IMG/VR virus record: IMGVR_UViG_3300044825_000714
Coordinates: 507-64,506 of that record
From: a virus
Taxonomy: Duplodnaviria > Caudoviricetes
Length of the DNA stretch: 64,000 bases
Reading direction: 5' to 3' (one strand)
The notes under the pieces are model-generated. The model did not search any database and was not told where the DNA came from. It worked only from the letters and a program-made list of their open reading frames with translations. Position 1 is the stretch's first letter. Each line of letters begins with the position of its first letter. Positions 53,006-61,765 of the stretch are shown here, one piece after another. A program made the position numbers and the translations under genes.

Positions 53006-53731
53006 ATGGCCCGAGGCATCTACAAGATCATCAATGTCGTCAACAACAAATTCTACGTGGGTAGCGCCGTAGACCTGAAGCGCCGCAAGGCGCGACACTT
53101 TTCGGAGTTGCGCAACAACCGCCACAACAACCGCCACCTGCAAGCCGCGTGGCTCAAATACGGGGAGCAGGCGTTTATCTTTGTCGTTGTGGAAGAACTG
53201 CCGGACGAAGCCGACTTGCTCGCTGCCGAAAACGTCTGGCTCAAAGAGCACGTAGGCAAGGACTACTGCTACAACCTTGGAGTAGACGCCACTGCACCGA
53301 TGCTTGGCGTTAGCGGAGAGCAGAGTCCGACATGGGGGTACAAACATTCCCCCGAAAATATTGAAGTCATTCGGGCCGCTTCCACTGGGCGTAAACAGGA
53401 CGCAGAAGTCATCCGTAAGAAGACCGAGCACCTCATCGGCAAACCCAAGTCCGCCGAAGTCCGCGCCAAAATCTCCGCTACCCTCTCAGGGGAGGGCAAC
53501 TTCTGGTACGGCAAGAAGCGTCCTGACCACGGGGCCAAAGTCAGCAAGGCGGTCGAAGCAATAAGCCCGGAGGGCGAGGTGCTTCGGTACGCCAGTATCG
53601 CTGCACTGCGGGAAGCTGCGGGTATCAAACCTCCTACGGCTAACCGGGCGCTTAAATCGGGCAAGCCACTAGCTCGTGGACCCTATAAAGGCTGGCGGTT
53701 CAAATATGTTGACCCCGCCATCCCCGGGTGA
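53006..53731 (+). CDS. Free-standing GIY-YIG homing endonuclease with NUMOD3 repeats
   Basis: GIYKIINVVNNKFYVGSA, R...H...L, HNNRHLQ, YN; KSAEVRAKIS and GEGNFWYGK; possible own promoter TTGTGT-18-TACACT at 52957-52986. Confidence 0.92.
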   Translation: MARGIYKIINVVNNKFYVGSAVDLKRRKARHFSELRNNRHNNRHLQAAWLKYGEQAFIFVVVEELPDEADLLAAENVWLKEHVGKDYCYNLGVDATAPMLGVSGEQSPTWGYKHSPENIEVIRAASTGRKQDAEVIRKKTEHLIGKPKSAEVRAKISATLSGEGNFWYGKKRPDHGAKVSKAVEAISPEGEVLRYASIAALREAAGIKPPTANRALKSGKPLARGPYKGWRFKYVDPAIPG

Positions 53732-53737
53732 TATATT
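53709..53737 (+). promoter_or_regulatory. Sigma70-type promoter
   Basis: TTGACC-17 bp-TATATT. Confidence 0.6.
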
Positions 53738-53744
53738 GGCCCCA

Positions 53745-53825
53745 TCCCGGGGTCCCCGGCGTTTCTGACAGTCCCGGCTGACGACATGCAGACAGAGCGC
53801 CCAAACGAACACTCGCATGTGAGGA
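53745..53825 (+). ncRNA. Candidate pseudoknotted leader RNA
   Basis: Stem 53758-67/53793-801; ACATGC 53784-89 pairs with GCATGT 53815-20 next to the RBS. Confidence 0.6.
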
Positions 53826-53828
53826 ATC

Positions 53829-54248
53829 ATGGCACGTACTACGTTCAACGGCCCGGTCGTTTCGCAAAACGGCTTCATTGGTGGCCACCAAGTCGCTTCC
53901 GCTAACGCTGTCAACGCTACTGGCACTGCTTCTGCTGCGCAGGTTGCGTCTGGCTACATCACTTCCACTTCGGCTGCGCCGACGACCATCACTCTGCCCA
54001 CCGGCACTGATCTGGGTGCGCTGATTGGTGCAACTCAAGGTACCACCCTTGACCTGTACATCGACAACACCGCTGGCGCGAGCACCGTGACTGTGGCTGT
54101 GAACACCAACGCAGTTCTGTCCAGCGCCGCTGTGGATACCGCTGGTTCGTTCGGTGATCTGACGATTGCTTCTGGCGCTACCGGCATCGGTCGCTTCACC
54201 CTGATGTTCTCCAGCCCCACCGCGTACACCTTCACCCGTACGGCTTAA
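53829..54248 (+). CDS. Virion structural protein (head fibre/decoration-like)
   Basis: MARTTFNGPV.S..GF N-terminus, TITLP; optimal codons. Confidence 0.65.
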   Translation: MARTTFNGPVVSQNGFIGGHQVASANAVNATGTASAAQVASGYITSTSAAPTTITLPTGTDLGALIGATQGTTLDLYIDNTAGASTVTVAVNTNAVLSSAAVDTAGSFGDLTIASGATGIGRFTLMFSSPTAYTFTRTA

Positions 54249-54260
54249 TAGGAGGCCGAC

Positions 54261-54539
54261 ATGGCCATGCAAACTGACATCCTAGCGACTTCGCTGGCTG
54301 CGTCAGGTACTGCGTTTGCGGGGCGTACTCGTGTTCGCGGTGCTCTGATTGAGCCGGGCGGTAGCGCGGGTACGCTTGTCTTCAAAGATGGTGGCGCTAG
54401 TGGCACCACGAAGTTCACCATCAACACGACGGCCAACGGGGAATCGTTCTCGGTGGTGATCCCATCGGACGGCATCCTGTTCACGACGGACGTGTACGTG
54501 GCGCTGACGAACGCCAAGGTGACGGTGTTCTATGGCTAA
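54261..54539 (+). CDS. Small beta-rich virion protein
   Basis: DGGASGT, IPSDGILF, C-terminal TVFYG. Confidence 0.65.
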   Translation: MAMQTDILATSLAASGTAFAGRTRVRGALIEPGGSAGTLVFKDGGASGTTKFTINTTANGESFSVVIPSDGILFTTDVYVALTNAKVTVFYG

Positions 54540-54777
54540 GTCCCCGGCATGGCAACGCAAAGAAGGCAAGAACCCCAAAGGTGGTCTGAACGCCAAGGGG
54601 CGCGCCTCTGCGAAGGCCCAAGGGATGAACCTAAAACCTCCGCAGCCCGAAGGCGGCAAGAGGCGCGACTCCTTCTGCGCTCGGATGAGTGGCATGAAGA
54701 AGAAGCTCACATCCGCGAAGACTGCGAACGACCCAAACTCCCGGATTAACAAAGCCCTACGCGCATGGAACTGTTGA
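54532..54777 (+). CDS. Small basic protein (DUF6321-like)
   Basis: AWQRKEGKNPKGGLNAKGRAS, SFCARM, SRINKALRAWNC. Confidence 0.7.
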   Translation: MAKSPAWQRKEGKNPKGGLNAKGRASAKAQGMNLKPPQPEGGKRRDSFCARMSGMKKKLTSAKTANDPNSRINKALRAWNC

Positions 54778-54786
54778 GGTCACGCG

Positions 54787-55035
54787 ATGGAGATGATGGT
54801 TTGGAACGTGATTCTCACGGCCATTGTGGCGCTGTTGGGGTTCATCGTGAAAGAAAAGTTTGCCGAGCTTCAACGCATCAGCATTCTGCTTAACCGCACC
54901 CGGGAAGAAGTGGCGCGTGATCACATCACACGCACGGAGTTCCGAGCGGACATGCAGCAGTTGATGGAGCGGTTCGACAGGATTGAACGCAAGATCGACG
55001 CGATGCGAGGAGCCAAGAATGCCCAGCAAGACTAG
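54787..55035 (+). CDS. Single-TM coiled-coil protein
   Basis: N-terminal TM segment then heptad repeat. Confidence 0.6.
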   Translation: MEMMVWNVILTAIVALLGFIVKEKFAELQRISILLNRTREEVARDHITRTEFRADMQQLMERFDRIERKIDAMRGAKNAQQD

Positions 55036-55501
55036 AGCGCAGCACAACTTGATGGCGATGGTCGCTAACGACCCCGCCGCTGCGAAGCGCGTGGGCATTC
55101 CTCAATCTGTCGGCAAAGAGTTCGTCAAAGCTGACAAGGGTCTGAAGTTTGGTAAAGGCAGTGGCAGCCGTGCCGATCTTCAGAAAATCAACCGCCCTGA
55201 CACCCGTCAAGGCAAGATGGAACTTTTTGCAAAAGGTGGTGACATGAAAGAATCCAAGAAGATGGTTGGTAAAGAGTTGGCCTTCATGAAGAAGAAGGGC
55301 GCTCCCAAGTCCATGATCAAGCACGAGATGGCCGAAGCCGGTATGAAGTACGGCGGCAAGACCAAGAAGATGGCTTCTGGTGGTCTGGCTGCTGGTCACA
55401 AAGCTGCTGACGGCGTTGCTTCCAAAGGCAAGACCAAGGCAATGCAGGTCAAGATGGGCGCTGCCAAACCGCTGGGCATGAAAAAGGGCGGCTACTGCTG
55501 A
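55019..55501 (+). CDS. Small basic protein with tag variant
   Basis: GAGGAG RBS; four [MF]xxGG motifs; KAADGVASKGKTK. Confidence 0.7.
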   Translation: MPSKTRAQHNLMAMVANDPAAAKRVGIPQSVGKEFVKADKGLKFGKGSGSRADLQKINRPDTRQGKMELFAKGGDMKESKKMVGKELAFMKKKGAPKSMIKHEMAEAGMKYGGKTKKMASGGLAAGHKAADGVASKGKTKAMQVKMGAAKPLGMKKGGYC

Positions 55502-55516
55502 TCTAAGGAGTCCATC

Positions 55517-55732
55517 ATGGACATGCTCGAAAAGAGAAAGCCTGCCGTTAAAGACGGCGTCTACGACCCCGACTCTGGCACTCCGCCTCCGCAAGACATT
55601 GATGGCGGCTCCGTGACCCCGTCCAAGCCGAAGCCCAAGGCGTCTAAGCCTAAAGCCATGGCCAAGGGTGGCTACGTCAAAGCTGCCGATGGCTGTGCCC
55701 AGCGCGGTAAAACCAAAGGACGGATGGTATGA
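55517..55732 (+). CDS. Small tagged protein
   Basis: Ends MAKGGYVKAADGCAQRGKTKGRMV. Confidence 0.7.
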   Translation: MDMLEKRKPAVKDGVYDPDSGTPPPQDIDGGSVTPSKPKPKASKPKAMAKGGYVKAADGCAQRGKTKGRMV

Positions 55733-55974
55733 GCCTACTTCTGGGTGCGCTTGCTGATGAGGACAAGCTGAAAAGCCTTGCGTCCAAGGGCATGATGGGA
55801 GCGATCCCGATGATGCTCACCCGGGACAGCCAGAAGGATTCTGCGGAAGCAGAACGTCAGAAAGCGATTGCTGCCTCTGCGCGTGGTGAGGGTATGAAAA
55901 AAGGCGGCATGACTGCCTCCAAACGCGCGGATGGTATTGCCCAACGCGGTAAAACTCGCGGAAGGATGGTGTGA
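55729..55974 (+). CDS. Small tagged protein
   Basis: Ends MKKGGMTASKRADGIAQRGKTRGRMV. Confidence 0.7.
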   Translation: MSLLLGALADEDKLKSLASKGMMGAIPMMLTRDSQKDSAEAERQKAIAASARGEGMKKGGMTASKRADGIAQRGKTRGRMV

Positions 55975-55975
55975 C

Positions 55976-56569
55976 GTGAAAAAAGCTAGACGATACGCCG
56001 AAGGCGATGTAGTCGATGTCGATGAAGGCGCGATCTCTGGACCGGCTCCGAAAGAGGCGGTAGCAGAAGAAGCGCGATTGGTTTCTTCTGAAAAAGAAGA
56101 AAAGCCGGAGACCTTCAAAGAGGCGTTTAGCAAAGCGCGCCGCGCTGGTGACAAGACGTTTGAATGGAACGGCAAAACTTACTCCACGAAAGTGGCAGGT
56201 GAGTCCAAGTCAGAAACCAAATCGACTGCACCAGCAGAGCGCAAGTCCGCCGCAAGTGCGGAGTCTAAGCCTGCCACTCGCACCACGAATTTTCCTTCTG
56301 GCTCGTTGGCCGGTAGGATTGCCAGATCGCAAGGCGCGGTTAGTACTGTTCCGGAACCCACCTCTTCGGCGGGGGAGAAGAGTGCCCGACAGCGTCAAGA
56401 GACCATGGACATGTTCTCTCGCATGGGTAAAAAACTCCAGCGATACATGGGCACTCAAGAGACTCGGGATCGTCTGAAAGCCGAAGGCTATGCCAAGGGT
56501 GGAATGACCGCTTCCAAGCGTGCTGATGGTATTGCCCAGCGCGGCAAGACTCGCGGGAAGGTGTACTGA
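55976..56569 (+). CDS. Tagged protein
   Basis: TFKEAF..AR..G.K.FEWNGK.Y domain; ends YAKGGMTASKRADGIAQRGKTRGKVY. Confidence 0.7.
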   Translation: MKKARRYAEGDVVDVDEGAISGPAPKEAVAEEARLVSSEKEEKPETFKEAFSKARRAGDKTFEWNGKTYSTKVAGESKSETKSTAPAERKSAASAESKPATRTTNFPSGSLAGRIARSQGAVSTVPEPTSSAGEKSARQRQETMDMFSRMGKKLQRYMGTQETRDRLKAEGYAKGGMTASKRADGIAQRGKTRGKVY

Positions 56570-56570
56570 C

Positions 56571-56846
56571 ATGATGGCCAGCCGTGGGATGGGCGCAATC
56601 CGTCCGAGCAAGATGCCCAAGGGGGTCAAAAAGCCCCGGCGGGATGACACCGACTTCACTCAGTACGCTGAGGGCGGGAAGGTGAACGCGGCTGGCAATT
56701 ACACGAAACCTGAACTCAGGAAACGCATCGTCAGCCAAGTTAAAGCCGCTGCCACTCACGGCACCGGGGCAGGCCAATGGTCGGCCCGTAAGGCTCAGCT
56801 TGTCGCTAAGAAGTACAAGGCCGCTGGCGGGGGATATCGTGACTAA
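56571..56846 (+). CDS. Small basic protein (DUF5872-like, first half)
   Basis: NYTKPELRKRI...GQWSARKAQL.AK.YK.AGGGY. Confidence 0.7.
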   Translation: MMASRGMGAIRPSKMPKGVKKPRRDDTDFTQYAEGGKVNAAGNYTKPELRKRIVSQVKAAATHGTGAGQWSARKAQLVAKKYKAAGGGYRD

Positions 56847-57156
56847 AGACGAGTTGCCTGAGCGCGATCAGCCAAAAGCTGACGGTGTGCGGTTGACCCC
56901 GCATTTCGTGGCACTTGACAAAAATTTTAAGGGCGCGGGCGGACGGCTTTCGTACACAAAAGAATTAGACAAAAACTCCAGCATTCAGGCGTATGTTGAT
57001 GCTATGGCTGGCAAACCCGAAGGGCAGTCCGCGTTCATCAAACCTCAGAAAGTTGGCGTGGAGTACCGTCGTTCGTTTGCCAAGGGTGGCATGACTGCCT
57101 CCAAACGAGCCGACGGAATTGCGCAGCGTGGTAAAACGCGGGGGAAGTTGGTGTGA
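56839..57156 (+). CDS. Tagged protein with amphipathic beta strands
   Basis: Ends VGVEYRRSFAKGGMTASKRADGIAQRGKTRGKLV. Confidence 0.7.
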   Translation: MTKDELPERDQPKADGVRLTPHFVALDKNFKGAGGRLSYTKELDKNSSIQAYVDAMAGKPEGQSAFIKPQKVGVEYRRSFAKGGMTASKRADGIAQRGKTRGKLV

Positions 57157-57386
57157 AAGCGCCGCAAAAGTCTCTTAAAGACTGGACCGCGCAAAAGTGG
57201 AGGACCAAGAGTGGCAAACCGTCTAGTAAAACTGGTGAGCGATATCTTCCAGAAGCTGCGATCAAAAGCCTCAGCCCTGCTGAGTACGCTGCGACAACTC
57301 GTGCAAAGCGTGCGGGGAAAGCTGCCGGGAAGCAGTTCGTAGCCCAGCCCAAAGGCATAGCTAAGAAAACAGCGAGGTTTCGATAA
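57153..57386 (+). CDS. Small basic protein (DUF5872-like, second half)
   Basis: QKSLKDWTAQKWRTKSGKPS.KTGERYLP. Confidence 0.7.
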   Translation: MKAPQKSLKDWTAQKWRTKSGKPSSKTGERYLPEAAIKSLSPAEYAATTRAKRAGKAAGKQFVAQPKGIAKKTARFR

Positions 57387-57652
57387 TGGCAAAGTTTCCT
57401 GACCTGACGGGTGACGGCAAGGTCACTCAAGCTGACATCCTCAAAGGCCGTGGCGTTGAGGGAATGAAGAAGGGTGGCAGCACCAAATGGATTCAGTCCG
57501 CCATCAAGAAGCCCGGGGCTCTGCGCTCCGCGCTTGGTGCCAAAGAAGGCAAGCCGATTCCTGCAAAGAAGCTGGCCGCTGCCGCAAAGAAGCCGGGGAA
57601 ACTTGGTCAGCGTGCGCGGCTTGCCCAAACCCTGAAGAAACTGGGGAAGTAA
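57386..57652 (+). CDS. Small basic protein with EF-hand-like loop
   Basis: DLTGDGKVTQAD then MKKGG and a Lys-rich domain. Confidence 0.7.
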   Translation: MAKFPDLTGDGKVTQADILKGRGVEGMKKGGSTKWIQSAIKKPGALRSALGAKEGKPIPAKKLAAAAKKPGKLGQRARLAQTLKKLGK

Positions 57653-58585
57653 ATGGCTCAGACATCCGGCTCCTCCGCATTCAACCTTGACCTGACCGAG
57701 TTGGTCGAGGAGGCGTTTGAGCGGGCGGGTTCGGAGCTTCGCACGGGTTACGACCTGCGTACCGCACGGCGGTCGCTCAACATCATGTTCGCGGATTGGG
57801 CCAACCGTGGCATCAATCTGTGGACGATTGAGCAGGGTCTGATTGACCTTGTCCCGGGCCAGAACACCTACGCACTGCCAACGGATACGGTTGATTTGCT
57901 GGAGCACGTCATCCGCACGGGCGCAAACGTGGCGGCGACTCAAGCCGACCTGACGATTACCCGGATCAGCGTCTCGACCTACGCCACGCTGCCCAACAAG
58001 CTACAGCAAGCCCGACCGATTCAGGTCTGGGTGCAGCGGTACAACGGCCAGCAGTCTCCGACGGGACTGACTCTGAGCGGCAGCATCAATGCTTCGGTAA
58101 ACCAGATTACCCTGAACTCCGTGGTGGGCCTGCCTGCTACTGGGTTCGTGAAGATCGACTCTGAGATCATCAACTACGGGTACATCACCGGTAACACTCT
58201 GTACAACTGCTTCCGGGGGCAGGACAACACAACTGCTGCGTCGCACAATAGTGGCGCGGCGGTCTATTGGCAGCAGCTTCCGGCAATTACGGTGTGGCCT
58301 ACCCCGGACAACTCTCAGGCGTATCAGTTCGTGTACTGGCGACTGCGCCGCACGCAGGATGCTGGTGGCGGTGTGAACGTCATGGATGTACCATTTAGGT
58401 TTATTCCGTGTATGGCTGCGGGGCTAGCGTACTACGTTGCTATGAAAGTGCCCGGTGGTGCTGAGCGTTTGGCGTTGTTGAAGGCGCAGTACGACGAGGC
58501 ATGGCAGCTTGCCGCTGATGAAGACCGTGAAAAGGCAGCCGTGCGGTTTGTGCCCCGGCAGCAGTTCATTGGGAGTTCTTACTGA
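57653..58585 (+). CDS. Head-tail adaptor / tail tubular A-like protein
   Basis: EEAFER.G, ARRSLN, WANRG.NLW, VWPTPD, GLAYY; inserted beta domain. Confidence 0.65.
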   Translation: MAQTSGSSAFNLDLTELVEEAFERAGSELRTGYDLRTARRSLNIMFADWANRGINLWTIEQGLIDLVPGQNTYALPTDTVDLLEHVIRTGANVAATQADLTITRISVSTYATLPNKLQQARPIQVWVQRYNGQQSPTGLTLSGSINASVNQITLNSVVGLPATGFVKIDSEIINYGYITGNTLYNCFRGQDNTTAASHNSGAAVYWQQLPAITVWPTPDNSQAYQFVYWRLRRTQDAGGGVNVMDVPFRFIPCMAAGLAYYVAMKVPGGAERLALLKAQYDEAWQLAADEDREKAAVRFVPRQQFIGSSY

Positions 58586-59007
58586 TGGGTAACCGGTTCG
58601 CCAGCGGTAAGTATGCAATTGCTCAGTGCGACCGCTGCGATCAGCGGTTCAAGCTGTCGTTGCTGCGCCGTGAGGTGATCAAGACCAAGAACTACGAGTT
58701 GTTGGTCTGCCCGGAGTGCTGGGACCCTGATCAGCCGCAGTTGCAGTTGGGCATGTATCCTGTGGACGACCCGCAGGGTTTGCGTAATCCCCGCCCAGAT
58801 CGCAGCTACCGGCTGTCTGGCACGAGTGGCTTGCAGATTCAGCCCGGAGGTGGCCCTCTGGGCACCGGGTCTGTGGAGGCGGGTAGCCGCATATTTCAAT
58901 GGGGCTGGGCACCGGTGGGTGGAGCCAGTTTGAACGACGCAGGTCTGACCCCTAACAACTTGGTTTTATCTGTGCAATTGGGTACAGTAACGGTATCCAC
59001 GACGTAA
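58585..59007 (+). CDS. Conserved CxxC...CxxC protein
   Basis: CDRC and VCPECWDPDQPQL, DPQ.LRNPRPD. Confidence 0.65.
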   Translation: MGNRFASGKYAIAQCDRCDQRFKLSLLRREVIKTKNYELLVCPECWDPDQPQLQLGMYPVDDPQGLRNPRPDRSYRLSGTSGLQIQPGGGPLGTGSVEAGSRIFQWGWAPVGGASLNDAGLTPNNLVLSVQLGTVTVSTT

Positions 59008-59010
59008 GGA

Positions 59011-59193
59011 GTGAACATGGACGCGATGAAGAAAGTGGCTAAGGCCGAAGTCAAAGCCCACGAGAAGCGCATGCACGGCGCTAAAGGCATGCGGGCGGGC
59101 GGCAAGACCAACGCCGACATGCTCAAGATGGGCCGTAATCTGGCTAAGGTTGCCAACCAGATGAATCCGGGCCGCAAACAACGAGGGGTCTGA
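59011..59193 (+). CDS. Small basic protein
   Basis: AAGGAG RBS; HEKRMH and MRAGG. Confidence 0.6.
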   Translation: MNMDAMKKVAKAEVKAHEKRMHGAKGMRAGGKTNADMLKMGRNLAKVANQMNPGRKQRGV

Positions 59194-59194
59194 T

Positions 59195-59446
59195 ATGCAC
59201 AGCCAAGACGAATTCAAATATTTCCCGGCGGATACCAAAGATCCGATTGGGAAGTACGTCCAGCCCAAGGTCTATGCATCTGTTGTGGTAGGTGAAGAGC
59301 CCGCCAAAGAAACGATGCGCAAGGCCAACGTGAGTGTGGCCAACACTCGTAGCCAAGACTACCCGCCGACCAAAACCAGCGGCGAAAAGATTCGCGGCAC
59401 CGGCGCGGCTACGAAGGGCACGATGTTCCGGGGTCCGTCGGCCTGA
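59195..59446 (+). CDS. Small protein with degenerate tag
   Basis: Ends RGTGAATKGTMFRGPSA. Confidence 0.6.
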   Translation: MHSQDEFKYFPADTKDPIGKYVQPKVYASVVVGEEPAKETMRKANVSVANTRSQDYPPTKTSGEKIRGTGAATKGTMFRGPSA

Positions 59447-59454
59447 GATAGACC

Positions 59455-60162
59455 ATGAACTACGCTTCGCTCGTCACTGCGATTCAGGATTACACTGAGA
59501 ATACGTTTCAGTATTCGACCACGCCGTCGATTATCAACACGTTCATTCAGCAGGCCGAGCAGCGTATTTTCAACTCGGTTCAGTTTCCTTCGCTTCGCAA
59601 GAACGTGACGGGCATCACAACTGCGGCCAACAAGTATCTCTCCGCTCCCACCGACTTTCTCGCGGTGTATTCTCTGGCGGTCGTGGATGGGTCTGGCAAC
59701 TACGAGTACCTGCTCAACAAGGATGTGAACTTCATCCGGCAGGCGTACCCAAATCCGAACGATCAAGCGATCCCCAAGTACTACGCGCTGTTTGGTCCCA
59801 CGACCACGGGCGGAGCCAACCCAGTGCTGACGGACGAGTTGTCGTTCATTCTGGGGCCGACCCCGGATGCGCAGTACACGGTGGAGCTTCACTACTTCTT
59901 CTATCCGGAGTCCATCACCGTGGCTGCGGATGGGCAGACTTGGCTGGGCGATAACTTTGACTCGGTGCTGCTGTACGGTTCGCTGGTTGAGGCGTATACG
60001 TACATGAAGGGCGAGACCGACATGATGGCCTTGTACGACGGCAAGTACAAGGAAGCGCTGGCTCTGGCGCAACGTCTGGGTGATGGCCTTGAGCGTAGCG
60101 ATGCGTACCGCAGTGGTCAGGCGCGTCTTGCACCGCTGCCGCAGAATAGCGGGGTCCGATAA
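59455..60162 (+). CDS. Neck / adaptor protein
   Basis: IQDYTEN, FIQQAEQRI, PKYYA, GPTPD, LLYGSLVEAY..MKG. Confidence 0.7.
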   Translation: MNYASLVTAIQDYTENTFQYSTTPSIINTFIQQAEQRIFNSVQFPSLRKNVTGITTAANKYLSAPTDFLAVYSLAVVDGSGNYEYLLNKDVNFIRQAYPNPNDQAIPKYYALFGPTTTGGANPVLTDELSFILGPTPDAQYTVELHYFFYPESITVAADGQTWLGDNFDSVLLYGSLVEAYTYMKGETDMMALYDGKYKEALALAQRLGDGLERSDAYRSGQARLAPLPQNSGVR

Positions 60163-60585
60163 ATGGCGTTTACGGGCAATTACTCCTGCAACACGCTGCG
60201 CTCTGGTCTTGCGAACGGGACGATTAACTTCGCCTCTGACACGTTTTATCTGGCGCTGTACACCAACTCAGCTACGCTGGATCAGACCACTACCGAGTAC
60301 ACCACGACTGGGGAAGCATCGGGCGGCAACTATGTTGCAGGTGGGCAGGTAGTCACAGCGACGATCTCTGAGCAGACGACTGCCAGCGGTAGCATCACGT
60401 ACATCAATTTCTCGGCTCCTGCGTGGACCGGCGCGATTACGGCGCGGGGGGCTCTGATCTACACACCCGGAGCCAACGGTGCTGTCTGCGTTCTGGACTT
60501 CGGTTCAGACAAAACCTCAACCAATTCTTTCACTGTGCAGATGCCCGCTAACACCAGCACGTCTGCTTTAATTCGGCTTGTTTAA
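60163..60585 (+). CDS. Tail structural protein
   Basis: F.LALYT, ITARGALIY, VLDFGSDKT. Confidence 0.65.
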   Translation: MAFTGNYSCNTLRSGLANGTINFASDTFYLALYTNSATLDQTTTEYTTTGEASGGNYVAGGQVVTATISEQTTASGSITYINFSAPAWTGAITARGALIYTPGANGAVCVLDFGSDKTSTNSFTVQMPANTSTSALIRLV

Positions 60586-60594
60586 GGAGCAACC

Positions 60595-61116
60595 ATGTTC
60601 AACGAAAAAGTTAAAGCTGGCGGCGTGTTCACTGTGCAGTGTCACGACCAAGACGGCAACCTGAAATGGCAGGCTGAGAAGCACAACCTCGTGGTCAACG
60701 TCGGCCTCAAGGACATGAACGACAAGTACTTCCTCGGTAGCGGCTACACCGCTGCGTGGTACATCGGTCTGTACGGCGCGGCTTCTTCCAACAACCCGGC
60801 GGCTGGCGACACCATGGCCTCGCACGCTGGCTGGACGGAGGTCACTGACTACAGCCAATCGACCCGCCCCGCTGCTACGTTCGCTGCGGCTACCACCGCT
60901 GACCCGTCTGTGATCACGAACTCGGCGTCTCCGGCTACGTTCAGCATCAACGGCACGACCGTTGTGGGCGGCGCGTTCCTGACCAGCGACAACACCAAGG
61001 GTGGCACGACCGGCATCCTGTTCTCGGCTTCGGACTTCCAGTCTCCCGGCGACCGCTCGGTTGTTAACGGCGATACGCTGACCGTCACCTACACCTTCAG
61101 CCTCGACGCTGCTTAA
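60595..61116 (+). CDS. Tail structural protein
   Basis: NLVVNVG, WYIGL, GDTLTVTY; optimal codons. Confidence 0.65.
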   Translation: MFNEKVKAGGVFTVQCHDQDGNLKWQAEKHNLVVNVGLKDMNDKYFLGSGYTAAWYIGLYGAASSNNPAAGDTMASHAGWTEVTDYSQSTRPAATFAAATTADPSVITNSASPATFSINGTTVVGGAFLTSDNTKGGTTGILFSASDFQSPGDRSVVNGDTLTVTYTFSLDAA

Positions 61117-61125
61117 GGAGGCCAC

Positions 61126-61305
61126 ATGGCTACCGCTTTCAAGAAGGGCGACGTTGTGAAGCTGACCACCGTAGTGCCGCAAGGCCCGGTGCTGGCTCTG
61201 CGTATGGACGACAGCGGCATCATCCAGTACCTCGTAGAGTGGGTGGATGCCAACGGTGTCACGCAACAACGCTGGTTCGACGAAGACCAACTGACGGGGG
61301 CCTGA
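61126..61305 (+). CDS. Small SH3-like protein (59 aa)
   Basis: AAGGAGG RBS; FKKGDVVKL...W...F.E.QL; below ORF-track cut-off. Confidence 0.6.
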   Translation: MATAFKKGDVVKLTTVVPQGPVLALRMDDSGIIQYLVEWVDANGVTQQRWFDEDQLTGA

Positions 61306-61306
61306 T

Positions 61307-61765
61307 ATGGCCTTCGTCCTTGCGGACCGAGTCCGCGAGACCACGACAACGACCGGCACCGGTTCGGTGACGCTGGCGGGAGCCGTCACGGGGTTTCAGA
61401 CCTTCGCGGCCATCGGCAACGGCAACATCACCTACTACACCATCGCGGGTCAGGGCACCTCTGAGTGGGAGGTGGGGATTGGCACGTATACGGCCTCGGG
61501 CACGACACTGTCTCGGGACACGGTGCTGGCGTCGAGCAACTCCGGGTCGCTGGTGAATTTCTCCGCTGGCACCAAGGACGTGTTTTGTGACTACCCCGCT
61601 GGCCGCGCTGTGATTGGTGGCATGGGGTACATCGAGAACGCCGCCACGATCACAACGTCTTCGACAATCAACACGGGTAACAACGCTATCAGTGGTGGGC
61701 CGGTGACGGTCAACAGCGGCGTTACGGTGACGGTGCCCTCCGGGTCTACTTGGACGGTTGTCTGA
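61307..61765 (+). CDS. Tail fibre anchor protein
   Basis: DRVRETTTTTGTG, EWEVGIG, FSAGTKDVF; C-terminal GP.TV..G.TVTV..G..WTVV. Confidence 0.7.
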   Translation: MAFVLADRVRETTTTTGTGSVTLAGAVTGFQTFAAIGNGNITYYTIAGQGTSEWEVGIGTYTASGTTLSRDTVLASSNSGSLVNFSAGTKDVFCDYPAGRAVIGGMGYIENAATITTSSTINTGNNAISGGPVTVNSGVTVTVPSGSTWTVV

